Source of the DNA: Octopus vulgaris | Taxonomy: Eukaryota | DNA: 64,000 nt | Assembly (NCBI GenBank): GCA_951406725.2 | Contig: OX597832.1 | Location: 36,332,001-36,396,000, forward strand | Direction: 5' to 3' | Shown here: positions 11,476 to 25,060 of the stretch, one piece after another | Layout of the letters: every line of letters begins with the position of its first letter | How positions within the stretch are numbered: position 1 is the stretch's first letter | Notes under the pieces: model-generated | Databases searched by the model: none | What the model was told of the DNA's origin: nothing | The model's input: the letters and a program-made list of their open reading frames with translations, nothing else | Translations under genes and position numbers: made by a program

Positions 11476-13186
11476 ATATTTACTTATTCAATTTATTTCA
11501 ATATTCCTTGCTTTTTCTAATAAGTAGTAAATATTAATAGCATTTTTTCCCTCCTGGTTTTAAATGTTTGGAGACATTATTTATCAGGTATGCACAAACT
11601 GCTAAAGTATCTGCTTATAGTACAACACTGTTAAAATTAGATTCTTATTAAGTAGATGTATTTAAAACTGTTACATTACAAAAATAATAAAAATATAAAA
11701 TTAATGATCTAACCAAAAATAGAAGTAATATAAAATAAATGTAAACATATAAATATTTATACTCACATGCATATGGACACAAGCAAACTTATAAACATGC
11801 ATATGTGTGAGTACATATGTTTGCGTCTGTGTGTGTGCGTGTGCGTGCGTGAATGTGTATGGACGTATGTACATGTATATGCGTATATATATATATATGT
11901 ACGATCAGCAAGAATCTCATCTTGGTAGATTTATACAATAAGCAGATATTTTAAACATATTTTGAGACAGCTTATATATATATATATACACACAGCAAAC
12001 AGTGTTTCTAAATGTTTAAAACGAGGAAAGGAAAAATGCTATTAATAATTGGTATTTATATAAAAGAAAAAAGCAAGAAAAATAATCATGAATTGAATAA
12101 CTAAAGAAATATGGACATATACATAAATATGATACATATATATATATATGATACACATGGAGGGAGGGAGAGGGGGAGGGGTGGGGTGAAGGAGAGAACT
12201 GAAAGAGACTAAACGCTCATTTGTCAAAAGTTCAAATAGTGACAAAACGGGAGACCCACAGATCTAAAGTTCAACACGGAAATAAAATAAAAATAAGCAA
12301 AGCTTAAAAAGAATATACATTAAAACTGACATATTTAATGTTGACTGGAGTTTAAAATAAGAACAAAGATGAGAAAACAAATGAAGACAACAGAGAGGAA
12401 AGAACCTGCAGCTTCTAGAAACTCACCAGCAACTGATTGTCAACAGAGACAGTGGAATTATTTCAATGACTGGGTCACTGCAGTGTGTCAAAATAGTTTC
12501 ACACTTTACAATTGAATGCACTGTTAAGAAAGAGATTTTAAAACCTATTTAACATTTCTCTGTATTCTGAAATTGCTAAAACGACTCTTCAGTGTAGCTG
12601 CTTATGTATATGTGTGAGTGTGTATGCGTGTATATTTGTGTGTAGGTAAGCTTGTATGTATGTGTAATTTTTCTTCAAGTTCTAGCTGATTGCTAACAAA
12701 GCAACAAGGATTTTTGAGGTAAGAAAGTTCCCGGTGTTTATAAATATGTGTTTGAGTTGGTTGAAGTGTCAATGTATACACCCTAGTGTCTGTATCTCTT
12801 CATCTAAAGAATCTCAGATGCAGAAATTTTGGAATATCTGACAAATCTTCACTGTGCCATTAACAGATTGAATTAGGAGAATCCGCATCAGTTTCTTTCA
12901 CTCTTTCGCCATTAAACTGAGTATTTCTGTGTGTGTGTGTGTTTAAAGTACTTTTAAAAATAACTGAGTATTTGTGAGAGTGTGACTCTATATTGGAAAT
13001 TTCATTGTAAAGCTCAAGTTGACTTGGACTTCAGTTTTCAATTTGTAGCTTTTTCAGTCAGTAAAAGAATCAGTACTTATTCCTGGTTTCATAAATGGAG
13101 TGAAACCTCCTCAAAAGCAATGAAGTGTGTCTGAGGGTTTTACAATTCATTAAAAATTTCAATGGAAGAAATTTTAATTTTGTTTA

Positions 13187-13600
13187 GGCGCAAGAGTGGC
13201 TGTGTGGTAAGTAGCTTGCTTACCAACCCCATGGTTCCAGGTTCATTCTCACTTCGTGGCACCTTGGGCAAGTGTCTTCCATTGTAGCCTCAGCAGACCA
13301 AAGCCTTGTGAGTGGATTTGGTGGACGGAAACTGAAAGAAGCATCGTATATATGTATATATATATATATATGCATGTGTATGTATATGCTTGTGTGTCTG
13401 TATTTGTCCCCCCAATATAGCTTGACAACCGATGCTGGTGTGTTTACATCCCCATAACTTAGCGGTTCTGCAAAGGAGACCGATAGAATAAGTACTAGGC
13501 TTCCAAAGAATAAGTCCTGGGGTCGATTTGCTCGACTAAAGGCGGTGCTCCAGCATGGCCACAGTCAGATGACTGAAACAAGTAAAAGAGAGTAAAAGAG
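13187..13600 (+). mobile_element. SINE-A, full length, low divergence
   Basis: ggcgcaagagtggctgtgtggtaagtagc head; tail acaagtaaaagagagtaaaagag. Confidence 0.93.
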
Positions 13601-14088
13601 AACGGCTAAATGTCACTGTTTTGAGGTATACAGTGTTTTTTTAACAGCTGATGTCTTAAAGGGACTTCCCCTCCACAAAACACCATAAATGAGAAGCATT
13701 TAAGCAAAACACAACAATATCATAAATTTTAATGGAAAATAAATGCCATTTGTGTCAACACATCTCCTTGTTTTCTCTCTTCTGTGATGATGGACTGAGA
13801 GATTCTCCCCTTTGATGTTGTTAATTTCTGATTTTTGCTGTTATGTAAAACGCCAAAAATTCCACTATGACAAGGAAAGGAGGGAGGAGACATGAATTTG
13901 AACCAAAGGCCAAATTAACTTACTGTGAACAGCAAGCGATGACAGCTGGAATGACTAACCTACATAGATGAGAAAAAACTTATATTCAAAGCCCTCATAT
14001 CGATATTTACTGCGACAAAAATTTTGATATCAGATAAATAATTAAGTGAAGTTTTTGTAGAATTTTGAATGTTTATAGGTGTCTTCCA

Positions 14089-14270
<182 letters not shown>

Positions 14271-15285
14271 GATAGATAGATAGATAGATAGATAGATAGT
14301 GTGTGTGTGTGTGTATATATAAATACACACACACACATATATGCACATACATATATAAGGTATATATATGAGTGTGCATATATGTATGAATATGTGTGTG
14401 TATGTGTATACATGCATTATAGTAGAAAATACGAAGTGTAGATCTTACCATAAAATTTAAAATCAATAAATTTTAACAAAACCAAGTTAGACATTTTAAA
14501 TTTGCTAGAATTTATCATCTGAAGACTTATTTATTTATCTTTATTTTTTTTTCAGTTTTTGCTTATTTACCCTAACAGAATTCTGAAAAGAAATAAGAAA
14601 TTTTATTCAATAAAGAATTTGCCATAATTTTTTAATTCTCTTTCCTGATTTTCTTACCTGCCTCATCCTGAGACTAAGTTACAAATTTTCAAAAACTGCT
14701 TCTTTCTGTATAAATGTTATTGAAAAAATTATGATGGTGATGACGACAATGACAGCAATAACAACACCACCATTGACAACAACAACAACAACAACCATAA
14801 TAATAATAATAATAATAACTTATTTGTTTTTCATCAGATTTTTTGTTTTCTGCTATAATGAGGAAAAAATGTGATTTTTTATTTCTATTTTCAGTTAAAA
14901 TATTTTGACTGCATATTTTAACAAATGGTTGTCGGCTCTCTTTGACTCAAGTCACTTAAAAGCCATTGATGTGGCAGGAACCTTAAATAGATCGATTAAT
15001 ATACTAGAAATAACAGAAAAATGATCCTCAAAACACACCTTACCACACTGAAGCAGCCCAATACATTGCATCATATAATTCTAAACAACTTTTGAAGTTG
15101 CTGGTCCTGCTGTTGTTGTTGTTATTGTTATTATTAACATTATTACCATTATTGCTGTTGCTGATGGTGTTGCTAAAAATGGTGCTTGGCAGAATCAGTA
15201 GACTGCAGGACAATTGCCTTGTTGCATGTAGTCAGGTTCATTTACATTCTGAGTTCAAATCCAGACTTTCTTTTCCTCTGCACAA

Positions 15286-16445
15286 CATCATTTAACATCC
15301 ATTGCCCATGCTGGCATGGGTTAGATGGTTTCACTGGGACTGATAAGCTGGAAAGCTGTACCAGGCTCCAGTCTGATTTGGCTTTGTTTTTATGGCTGGA
15401 TGCCCTTCCTAACACCAACCACTCCACAGAGTGTACGGGGTACCTTTAACATGTCGCCATCACAGGTGCCTTTTATGTATCACTGGTATGGGAGCCTTTT
15501 ATGTGCCACTGGCACAGGTACCTTTAACATGTCACCATCACAGGTGCCTTTTTGCCACGCCCTAGCGGTTGAGGGAACCTGTGGAAGAGGCAGACCCAGG
15601 AAAACCTGGGACGAGGTGGTGAAGCACGACCTTCGAACTTTAGGTCTCACTGAGGAAATGACTAGAGACCGAGACCTCTGGAAGTGTGCTGTGCGCGAGA
15701 AGACCCGGCAGGACAAGTGAGTCCACAACCCGTGGCCTTCTACATGGGATGGAGCCAGCCTACGTATGCATACCTTCCCTTCTTGGGACACAAAACTCTA
15801 CTTGTGAAGACGTGTTGAGGCAAGTGAGGATCAGAATCGAAATCGATCAATGGAAATTGCGGATGTGCTACCAGTGCCGGTGGCATGTCGAAACTCTGCT
15901 TGTGAAGACCCATTGAGGCAAGTGAGGATCAGAATCGAAATCGATCAATGGAAATCGATCAATGGAAATTGCAGATGTGTTACCAGTGCCGGTGGCATGT
16001 AAGAGAACTTTCCGTTTCGCGACCGTTGCCAGCACCGCCCCGTTTCGTGTCCGTTGCCAGCCTCGCCTGGCCCTCGTGCCGGTGGCACATAAAAAGCACC
16101 ATCCGTTCGTGGCCGTTTGCCAGCTCTGTCTGGCACCAGTGCGGGTGGCACGTAAAAAGCACCCACTACACTCACGGAGTGGTTGGCGTTAGGAAGGGCA
16201 TCCAGCCGTAGAAACACTGCCAGATTTGACTGGGCCTGATGAAGCCTTCTGGCTTCACAGACCCCAGCAGAACCGTCCAACCCATGCTAGCATGGAAAAC
16301 GGACGCTAAATGATGATGATGATGATGATGATGATGGCACAGGTGCCTTTTACATGTCACCAGCATGGGTGGCTATACCATGTTACTGGTACAAGTGCCT
16401 TTTATGTGCCACTGGTACAAGTGCCTTTTGCATGTCACCAACAAT
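15286..16445 (-). mobile_element. Older RTE-D-type 3' UTR/tail, split by a younger insertion (pieces 15286-15552 and 16337-16445)
   Basis: catcatttaacatcc..catgctggcatgggtt..ggatgcccttcctaac; the caggtgcctttt repeat units resume after 16337. Confidence 0.8.
15553..16336 (+). mobile_element. Young 5'-truncated RTE-D LINE
   Basis: CHALAVEGTCGRGRPRKTWDEVVKHDLRTLGLTEEMTRDRDLWKCAV..* then CpG-rich 3' UTR with a ~97-bp tandem duplication and (GAT)n tail; candidate TSD cacaggtgcctttt. Confidence 0.92.
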
Positions 16446-16849
16446 GGCAACAGTTAGTAGAATATTTGTGGTTCAAGTCCACCCTCTTCCATACAGAAAT
16501 TATGTACTAAAGTTATAAGATATTTATTGGATTAGAGTACGAAACAAAATGCTTTGAGATATTTGTTCTGGTGCTTAACATTCAAAGTTCAAATCTTAGC
16601 AGTTCACATCTGCTTTTCTGATGACTTGTGAAAGTTCCATATTTTTTTGTCTTTCTCTGAGCCCTTGTAATAAATAAAGATTATTATTATTATTAACGTT
16701 CTTGTTGTTGCTGATAGTGGTGGTGGTGGTGGTAGTAGTGTCATCATCCAGGGTATTCTTCCTGTTTTTAAAGATGGTAGAGTGGGATTGGTGGAAGATT
16801 TGATTTTTCTCTTCGTTTCATTTGCTTGGTCCAGAGGAAGTGACTCTGT

Positions 16850-17620
16850 TCATGGCTTTTGCAGGTCCTCTGAGACCAGTAACTGTTGGTGTTCCATTTG
16901 CAGGAAAAACATGGCCAGGTCAGGAATTCCTGAGTGCTGATGTTCTATGGAAAGGAAGAATTGGACATAGTGGTATGAGGCCAAAGGATGACAGGGCTTG
17001 GTATGGGTAATAAGGGGAGAGAAGATGACTGTGGCAGAAACGCTTGAATGAAGGTGACATGACAACAACCAGCTCTGAAGAATAGGGGCCAGAGTAATAG
17101 GAGTTGAACTTACAGAGAGAGGAAACGGAAACATGTTTGTGGGGGCCAGAAGTTCATGTATCATTGGGGGATGACTTCATATAAGTCAGTCAAAAGTCTT
17201 TCATTGGAGATGATCTAGAATGTCTGTGTGTGTAACAGTTGTGTAGGAAAGGAGGATCCAGCAAAATGAGTAGAGATTCTATTGGCAAGGGGTCAAAGAA
17301 CTGGCAACAGTTTGAAAAGCTAGAAAACTTGTGAAGTGTACAATACATGAAAGTATTCTTCATGGTTTACCTGATAGTGTTGCGAGAGTGACAGAGCTGG
17401 ATCAAAGCCCTCACGTTTGTAAATGTAAGTGATTTTCTCCAAGCATTGTAGCTTGTTCTTTTTGTGTGAACTACTGGAGCACATTTCGAGGTGAATTACT
17501 TGAAGGACTCAGGGCTGTGAGTTTTGGGTCCAAACAGTCACATACAGATACGATTGTTGACTTTAATAAGAGATGATGCATTAGTATCAAGTGGTTTAAG
17601 GAATATATCATGGTATCAAA
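16850..17620 (-). mobile_element. Highly decayed CR1/Jockey-like LINE fragment
   Basis: Weak minus-strand peptides (FTSKCAPVVHTKRTSYNAWRK; QALSSFGL) resembling the APE-RT linker and RT. Confidence 0.3.
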
Positions 17621-18414
17621 ATGTCATTCCACTTCCATGATGGTCTGATTTCCATTGCTTAGACACATATATCTTAGATATATGTAACAAGTAACACAGC
17701 GTCACAAATCTCCATAGCAACAGTAAAAAGATACAGGTTTATTGCAACTTGAAGATTGGCTGAGACTGAAGAAAATTTGGAAACAAACGTTAGAAAGCAT
17801 GTCAGCTGTTATGCTGTTCTTGATGATGATGATGATGATGATGATGCGTGTGAAGGTGGTGGTGGTGGTGGTGATTTTAATCATGATGATTTTTAAATGT
17901 TAATCTTCATCATCCTCATCATCATCATCATTACTTGCATCATAGCTAACCTGGTATCTTACATAAAGTTGCGGTAATCAGCATTATCATCACCACTACC
18001 ACCACCACCATCATCATCATCATCGTCAGATACAGAGAATGGAACAAGCATGGAATTTTTTTATATTCTTTTGCATATAAACTCTTCCACCTCTTCACCC
18101 CTTGCTCCCCATCCTCCCCCTTACCCTTCTATTCAAAATAATTAAAATACATTGTTTTGTCTTTTCAGGAATGTCAAGGGTGGAAAAAATAATGTATTTT
18201 CAGGAAGTTTTAATCAAAGAATTCTTGCTCTTTTTTCCTTTTCAATCCATCTTCTCTCTCCTTCTCTCTCTCTTTCTTCTCATATATATTCTAGCTTCTC
18301 TTTTCCTTTCTCACTCTTTGTCTCTTATCTCTCTCACAATCACTCCTCCATACACACAGAAACAAACACGCAAAACGAAAAAAAAAACACAAACACACGC
18401 ATTAGAAACAAATC

Positions 18415-18453
18415 CATTTTACCATATTCTTTGCAAAGAAACAAATCACCACC

Positions 18454-18486
<33 letters not shown>

Positions 18487-18790
18487 CTCTCTCTTCTATA
18501 TTTAACGTCAGTTCAAATCATACAAAATTCTTCAGAACTCAAAGAACCACTTACAAATACAAAATGGAGTGGGTGTCAGATGTGTAGAATATATGAGAGG
18601 ACTTTTACCATAGGTTTTAAAAGAAACAAATCTCTCACCACACACCACACACTACTACTACTACTACTACTACTCAAGAAGAAGAATGGATTCAATGAAA
18701 TACAAAGAATAGGCAATGTTACAAATACAAAATGGAGTGGGTGTCAGATGTTGTAGAATATATGAGAGGACTTATAAAGGTTTTAAAAGT
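18415..18790. repeat. Local tandem duplication, offset 168 bp
   Basis: ttacaaatacaaaatggagtgggtgtcagatg..gtagaatatatgagaggactt at 18551 and 18719. Confidence 0.85.
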
Positions 18791-18791
18791 A

Positions 18792-18844
<53 letters not shown>

Positions 18845-18949
18845 GCATGAGACTAAAAACAAAGTACAACTAAAAGGAAATAAAACGTGAAATTTACTGA
18901 TTAGATTTAATTAGGGCACTCCATGACCCTCTTCCTTAACCATTTCTCA

Positions 18950-21170
18950 AATTGTGCACAAGTGCAACCAAATGTATTGAAAGGCTGATATTTAGTGTTG
19001 GAAAACTTGGAAGTCTTTGGGCTATGCTCTTTTAAGTGCATTGCAATGCCTTAGTTTTAATTTTACTGATAAGCTATCTTTTACATGTTTATATTCAGAC
19101 CCTAACTGATTTTGTGTCATTCTCATGTCTTCAGAAAGTGCAAAGCACCACAGATGAGTGATTTTGCCTATTAATTATTTACTTGATCTTCCAAGAATGG
19201 TGGATTTTAGTTCCTCTTCATCCTCTTCATTTTATCAATTATTTTCCTTGTTACTTGGAAGAAATTATTCCTTCTCATCTGTTTCCATTATTTTAAGTTG
19301 AGTTTTCTTTCTTTGAGACTTTTTTCTCTTTGTTCCTTTCTTGTTTTTACCAATGGTTAACAGGTTACATCTGCAACCATTGTATCTTCCTCATTGCATG
19401 AGGTTGACAGTGTTTGGGGCCAAGGTGTTTACTCACTTATTTCTCATATTGTGTATAAAAGTATTTATTTCAGTTATCATCCTAAGTGCTTTGGCTGGTG
19501 GTGCTCTGAAATCTGGAGTTTATCATAAGTGCAGGAATGAAATTCACTTAGTGGATGCAAACCCAGTTTTTTAGGAAGATGTTCAAAGTGTTTTCACTAC
19601 TCAAAACTATTTTAGGTGCTGTGCTTGTATCCTCAGCACATCCCGTTCTCAAGTCTATGAGGTTTGCTGTTCATCTTGCAATGGATCTTCATTATTTTCA
19701 TTTTTCTGTTTTGCTAAGGTTTTTCATGGTATAAACCATCTCAGAGCATTCAGCCCTTTATCGTTAATTAATTTCATGCCTTTTCTCTCAATGTCTTCTA
19801 CTGAGAACAGTTCTGCTTTGGCGCTGTGGTCTTTGGAGATCATTAGGACTTTCACATTCATTTTTAACATCCGCTGACCACATGCAACATTTTGTTAGCC
19901 CTGTTTTAGCCACTTGTCCCTATTGTGACAAAGTGACTACTAGCTATGGATCTATGTTGTTTCCAATGTCCCTTGGTCCCACTCTTGTATTTCTTAGACC
20001 CAAGTACCGGAACACAAATGTATATTCGAAGGTATATCAGCCGAGCTTTGGTCGAGTCTTCAAAGTTAAAGTTACAGCAGATAGTACCTTAACTTTTGCT
20101 TTTTTTAGAGCATTTCTCTTGAAGGGCTTGTTGCACTTCTTGATATGAGGAAAAAATTAATCCACTTGCAAATATTTGTAAGCTGAAATATATAATTTTT
20201 CTCTTTGTCTTTTGCTCAATTATTTCCTTAGGCAAAGAAATGCTTTCCAGATTTTCAAACCCTACCTACATTTTTCTTGTAACTGTGATGGACCTAAAAG
20301 TTAATTTTGTTCTAAAGGAAGGTTAACCTTCAGACAGCTGCCATAAGAACAGGTCACAGTATCTGGAATCATGTAAGAGTTACTGTTGTTGTTGCTGTTT
20401 TTATTACTGTCACTATCTTCTAAATTACTTATTTGAAATATGATCTTTGGATATTGAGTTTCATGGAGGGAAGACAGGTAACCGAGACCTTTGGCAATTT
20501 GCTGTGTTTGAGAAGACATGTCAAGCTAGGTGAAATCGTAATCATGGCCAGTGCTGGTGACCCGTGAAAGGCACCTATGTCAGTGACATGCAAAAGGGAC
20601 CCGTGCCAATGACACATAAAGGTACCTGTGCTGGTGACACACAGGCGACACCCGGTATACTCTGTGGAGTGGTTTGCATTAGGAATGACATCCAGCTGTA
20701 GCAACCAAGCCAAAACGGATGGGAGCCTGGTGCAGCTCTCTAGCTTACCAACTCCAGCCAAACTGTCCAACCCATGCCAGCATAGAAAACAGATTCTAAA
20801 AGATGATGATGATGATGAATATTTGGGACATTTTCTTTTAATAAATATTCATTGCATTGTTCATCTTCCTCTTCCACATTTGTGTGCTTTGATTTTGTTG
20901 TTGTTTTTAGCCATTACAATGTTTAGTCTTATTGCTTAATCGTGTCTGGTTTTTAGCCATTACTGTGTTTAGACTTGTTGCTTAATAGCGTCTGGTAACT
21001 CGTTTTGAGATAAAAATGTAATGTAAGTAAAAATTTTTTAAATTGTAAAAAGACCTCTTTTTTTGTTGTCTACCCACAGATATCAAGGGCAGCCCTTCAT
21101 TAGGCAATTATAGTTATAGTCACATTTAAATTTCTCCAATAAAAATATCATTTTGTAATACTTCAATAGA
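18950..21170 (-). mobile_element. Unclassified ancient repeat (possibly LINE 5' UTR plus ORF1), copy 1
   Basis: Collinear similarity to 29215-30050 (ttgtaactgtgatgga; acttatttga; ttgtctac..ttaggcaatt). Left boundary uncertain. Confidence 0.55.
20441..20818 (+). mobile_element. RTE-D-type 3' end inserted in the ancient repeat
   Basis: accgagacctttggc..gagaagac..aacccatgccagcat..gatgatgat; absent from the paralogous copy near 29760. Confidence 0.85.
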
Positions 21171-21218
21171 ATGTTTTGCAAAGAGAATCAAAAATATGTC
21201 ATCACTCTATGAGAGTCT

Positions 21219-21613
<395 letters not shown>

Positions 21614-21614
21614 T

Positions 21615-21824
21615 GATTTCAAATTTTGGCAAAAGGCCAGAAATTTTGGGAGGGGACGAGTCAAAGATATCAATCCCAGTGTTCAACTGGTACTTATTTT
21701 ATTGTCCTGGAAAGGATGAAAGGCAAAGTCAACCTCAGCAGAATTTGAACTCAGAACATAAAGATGGACGTAATGCCACTAATCATTTTACCTGGCACAC
21801 TAACAATTCTGTTAGCTTGCCACC

Positions 21825-21866
<42 letters not shown>

Positions 21867-22212
21867 GACAATACAAAGAGCACGGTATAATTGCAATAAA
21901 TATTTTATTTCAACAGCTAACGTGCCCAGCATGCTAACGATTCTGCCAGCTCACTGCCTTGAGGAGGAGGAGGAGGAGGAGGAACAGTTTCTGATTTAGG
22001 CACAAGGCCAACAATTCTGAGGGTAGAGAAGTTAGTCAAAACCACTGCTCCTTCCTTACCCCCATAGTTTGACTGGTACTTCATTTTATTGTCCCTGAAA
22101 GAAAAAAAATGGTAAAGTTAACCTCAGTGCGATTTGAACTCAACTGTAAAGAGTGGCAGCTAAATACATCAAAGCATTTTGTCCAATGCTCTAAAAATTC
22201 AGCTGACTAAAT
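21615..22212 (-). mobile_element. Cluster of SINE-B copies (21615-21826, 21915-21960, 21985-22212)
   Basis: ggatgaaaggcaaagtcaac..gaatttgaactcagaac..ctaacgattctgccagctc, the reverse complement of the 35078/59881 type. Confidence 0.85.
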
Positions 22213-22599
22213 TGGTGGCTGTGAGGAGAAAGGAAAAATTAACAACAGACATTGAACAATATGCAATGTTACCGTTCTATAATTGTATATATTTAAATGT
22301 GGCATTTTTGTTGGTAGTGGTGAAATATTGGTGGCCGGGGGTGGGGGGAGTGCATGCAATACACAAAATACAGCTAAAGTTTGAATAAACACAAAACCTA
22401 ACCCCAAAAGTGTAAATTATATTTTTGAATATGAAAAAATATTTTTTTTAAATCAATATTGGTTTTCAAAAAGCAAATTTTATTTAAAAAAAAAATACAT
22501 CAATATTTAGCAGTTTTCCATTTTTTTCTGACTTTGAATTTTAATGTTTTTAATGATATTTTGGGACAAGAAAAGGTTGTATACAGGTTAAAACAGTGT

Positions 22600-23140
22600 T
22601 GCTACATGCAATGACATAAAGGTCACAAGTGTCACTGCTACAAAAAAGTTATCTAACAGCTCTACACCATGAAGTAGTGCAATGGTACCACTACATGTAG
22701 CGTTGTAAAGGTTTCAAAACATAAGTCTATTAGATTATATGCTCTTTTATTATAAGGTTTACCATTACATGTAGCTGGATGAAGGCATTGCACCTTTATA
22801 TACAGTAAGGAAAAATGTGTAACTATATCAGAAAAGGTAAGGGTGTCACCACATGTGACTACATGTGGTGTGGTAAAGCCCTCCCTGCAGAGGCGATGTA
22901 AATACATTACGGTTTGAGGTAAGGTAAAGGCACCACATGAGGTGAAGTAAGGATGTTGCTACATGAGGTCACACAATATGTGTGGGCTAAAGTTGTCCCT
23001 ACAAGAAGGGAAGTAAAGCTGCCACTATGTAAGGTAAAGTAAAGGTTCCACATGAGATGAGGTAAATATGTCTCTACACGAAATGAAGTAAAGTTGTTAT
23101 CACATGAGATGAGGAAAGAGTATCATTACTTCATGAGGAA
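22600..23140. repeat. Degenerate ~25-bp minisatellite
   Basis: Recurrent acatgaggtgaggtaaag..gccact units. Confidence 0.6.
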
Positions 23141-23224
23141 AATGTGGCATGAATAACATGAAGTGAGAGGTTTTGCCAGACTAAGAAAATTGACCAAAAA
23201 TATGGGTTGAGTAAAGTATTGGGG

Positions 23225-23425
23225 TGGATGCTGGTGCCACATAAAAAGCACCCAGTACACTCTGTAAAGTGGTTGGTGTTAGGAAGGACATCCAGCTGCA
23301 AAAAGGAAGCCAAAGCGGACTATGGAACCTGGTGCAGCCCCTGGCTTTGTCAGTTCCTGTCAATCTGTCCACCCGATGCCAACATGGAAAATGAACATTA
23401 AATGTTGATGATGATGATGATGATT
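23225..23425 (+). mobile_element. RTE-D-type 3' tail
   Basis: ggttggtgttaggaaggacatccagc..catggaaaatgaacattaaatgttgatgat. Confidence 0.85.
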
Positions 23426-23694
23426 GATGAAAGCAATCATGAATGAAATAATCTCAGTCGATGGATTGCCTTACTAAAGGGAACAACATATCATAGATTT
23501 ACAATCAAGATTTTTGTGGGTAGATATCCACTTCTTTAACTGCACGGGTGCTGAGTTTCTGTTGTAAAGTTTCCATTTCCTGTGACTCCCAAGAGATTTA
23601 GGTTGATGAGAGAGAGAGAGAGAATATGATTACTTTCATACCAGTAACATCTAATTAGTAACTCAGTAAACTAGAGAAGGAGCCTTTACGTGAT

Positions 23695-23870
23695 AGTTCA
23701 GTTTGCTAGAAATAGCCATCAAATCTCCCTCAAATTATTCCCTATTGTGGAAAGAAGTGAACGCATTGGTTAATGTGATTCTAGATATACAATGTGCAAA
23801 AGAAGGATGAGATGACAGTCATAAAAACAGCATTTTTTATCGTAGATCTGCTCTGTCAGCTACTTCAACC
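23695..23870 (+). mobile_element. Unclassified short interspersed repeat (gctagaaatagc..caaatctccctcaaat family)
   Basis: Similar segments at about 15000-15090 (+) and 215-270 (-), and in the arms of the 442-597 hairpin. Confidence 0.5.
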
Positions 23871-24479
23871 TCTACCAACATTGATAAAAAGAATTTATAA
23901 AAATCTAATTCCAATGTAAGACGTGTAACAGTTTACCAATTTAGAATCAAATAAAGTAAATAGGCAATAGTTTTTCTCTTCTTTCATCAAATAACAGTAA
24001 CAAACTCTCAGATTCTGAAAATTGTCAACTGCTCTGAAGAACATTATCCAATTTCTTGTCATCACATGCTGTACTAGTCTCTTTATAATTTACATTCTTG
24101 GAGCTTCTAAGAAAACTTCCCATGCAGAAAACTGATTCTAATTTCTTTTGAAAACCTGACTGATCAGAAACACTTTAAGAACTCCAAGATTCGAATAAAC
24201 TGTGTAAACTTGATATGACATGGCATTGATCTTTGATTCTGTAACATTAAACCAAAACAGAAATTGCTGTGCTTTGTGACTGGAAAATAGAGAGACATGA
24301 TGAGTGAAATGATAACGGGTCACTGACCCCAAACATTGCATCCAAGAAATAATAATATTTTGTCAGGTTTTAAAGTAAAATATTGATTTAACATAGTCTA
24401 AAAACACTGTCTTAAAAATGACTTAACACAAAGCAAGTCTTAAAAATAAAATGGTTTAGCAGTGTCGTAAATTAAAATG

Positions 24480-25060
24480 ATTTAGGAAGGCTAGTTGATT
24501 ACGTTGGTCCAGTAATTGACTGGCATTTTTTTTTATTGACTCTGGAGGAAGGAAAAGCAAAGTTGACTCAGCAGAATTTGGGCTCAGAACATAATAATAC
24601 GGAAGAAACACTGATAGGCATTTTATCTGACATGGTTACAATTCTGCCAGCTCACCACCAATTTTGATAGAAGGCCAGCAATTTTAAGGGAAGGGCTAAG
24701 TTGATTACCAGTGCTTAACTGGTACTTATTTTATTGACCCTGAAAGGATGAAGGGTAAAGTCAACTTTGGTGGCATCTGAACTCAGAACATAAAGTCAGA
24801 AGAACTGTTGCTAAGCATTTTGTCAGATCCTCTAACAATTCTGTCAGCTTACTGCCTTAAGGGTCCCTTCTACAAAAGGCACAAGGCCTGAACATTTGGA
24901 ACAGAGTCTACTTGATTACATTGACCCCAGTGCTCAACTGGTACTTATTATATTGACCCCAATAGAATGAAAGGCAAAGGGAATCTTAGTAGCATTTAAC
25001 AGACTAAATACTGCAAAGCATTTTGTCTGGCATGGAAATCATTCTGTCAGCTCACCCCCT
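24480..25060 (-). mobile_element. Three head-to-tail SINE-B copies
   Basis: ctgg(t/c)ac..ttattgac..aaag..ttctg(c/t)cagct ends at about 24660, 24858 and 25058. Confidence 0.85.

Noticed and set aside
12369-12515. 48-codon ORF MRKQMKTTERKEPAAS..
   Set aside because: No recognisable homology or splice support.
14650-14712. Minus-strand segment with a good donor (cag|gtaaga) and an upstream AG
   Set aside because: Stop codons in all three frames.
16236-16257. CTGATGA followed by a hairpin (hammerhead-like)
   Set aside because: No GAAA follows, and other RTE-D copies read ctggtgcagcc here, so it is a chance variant.
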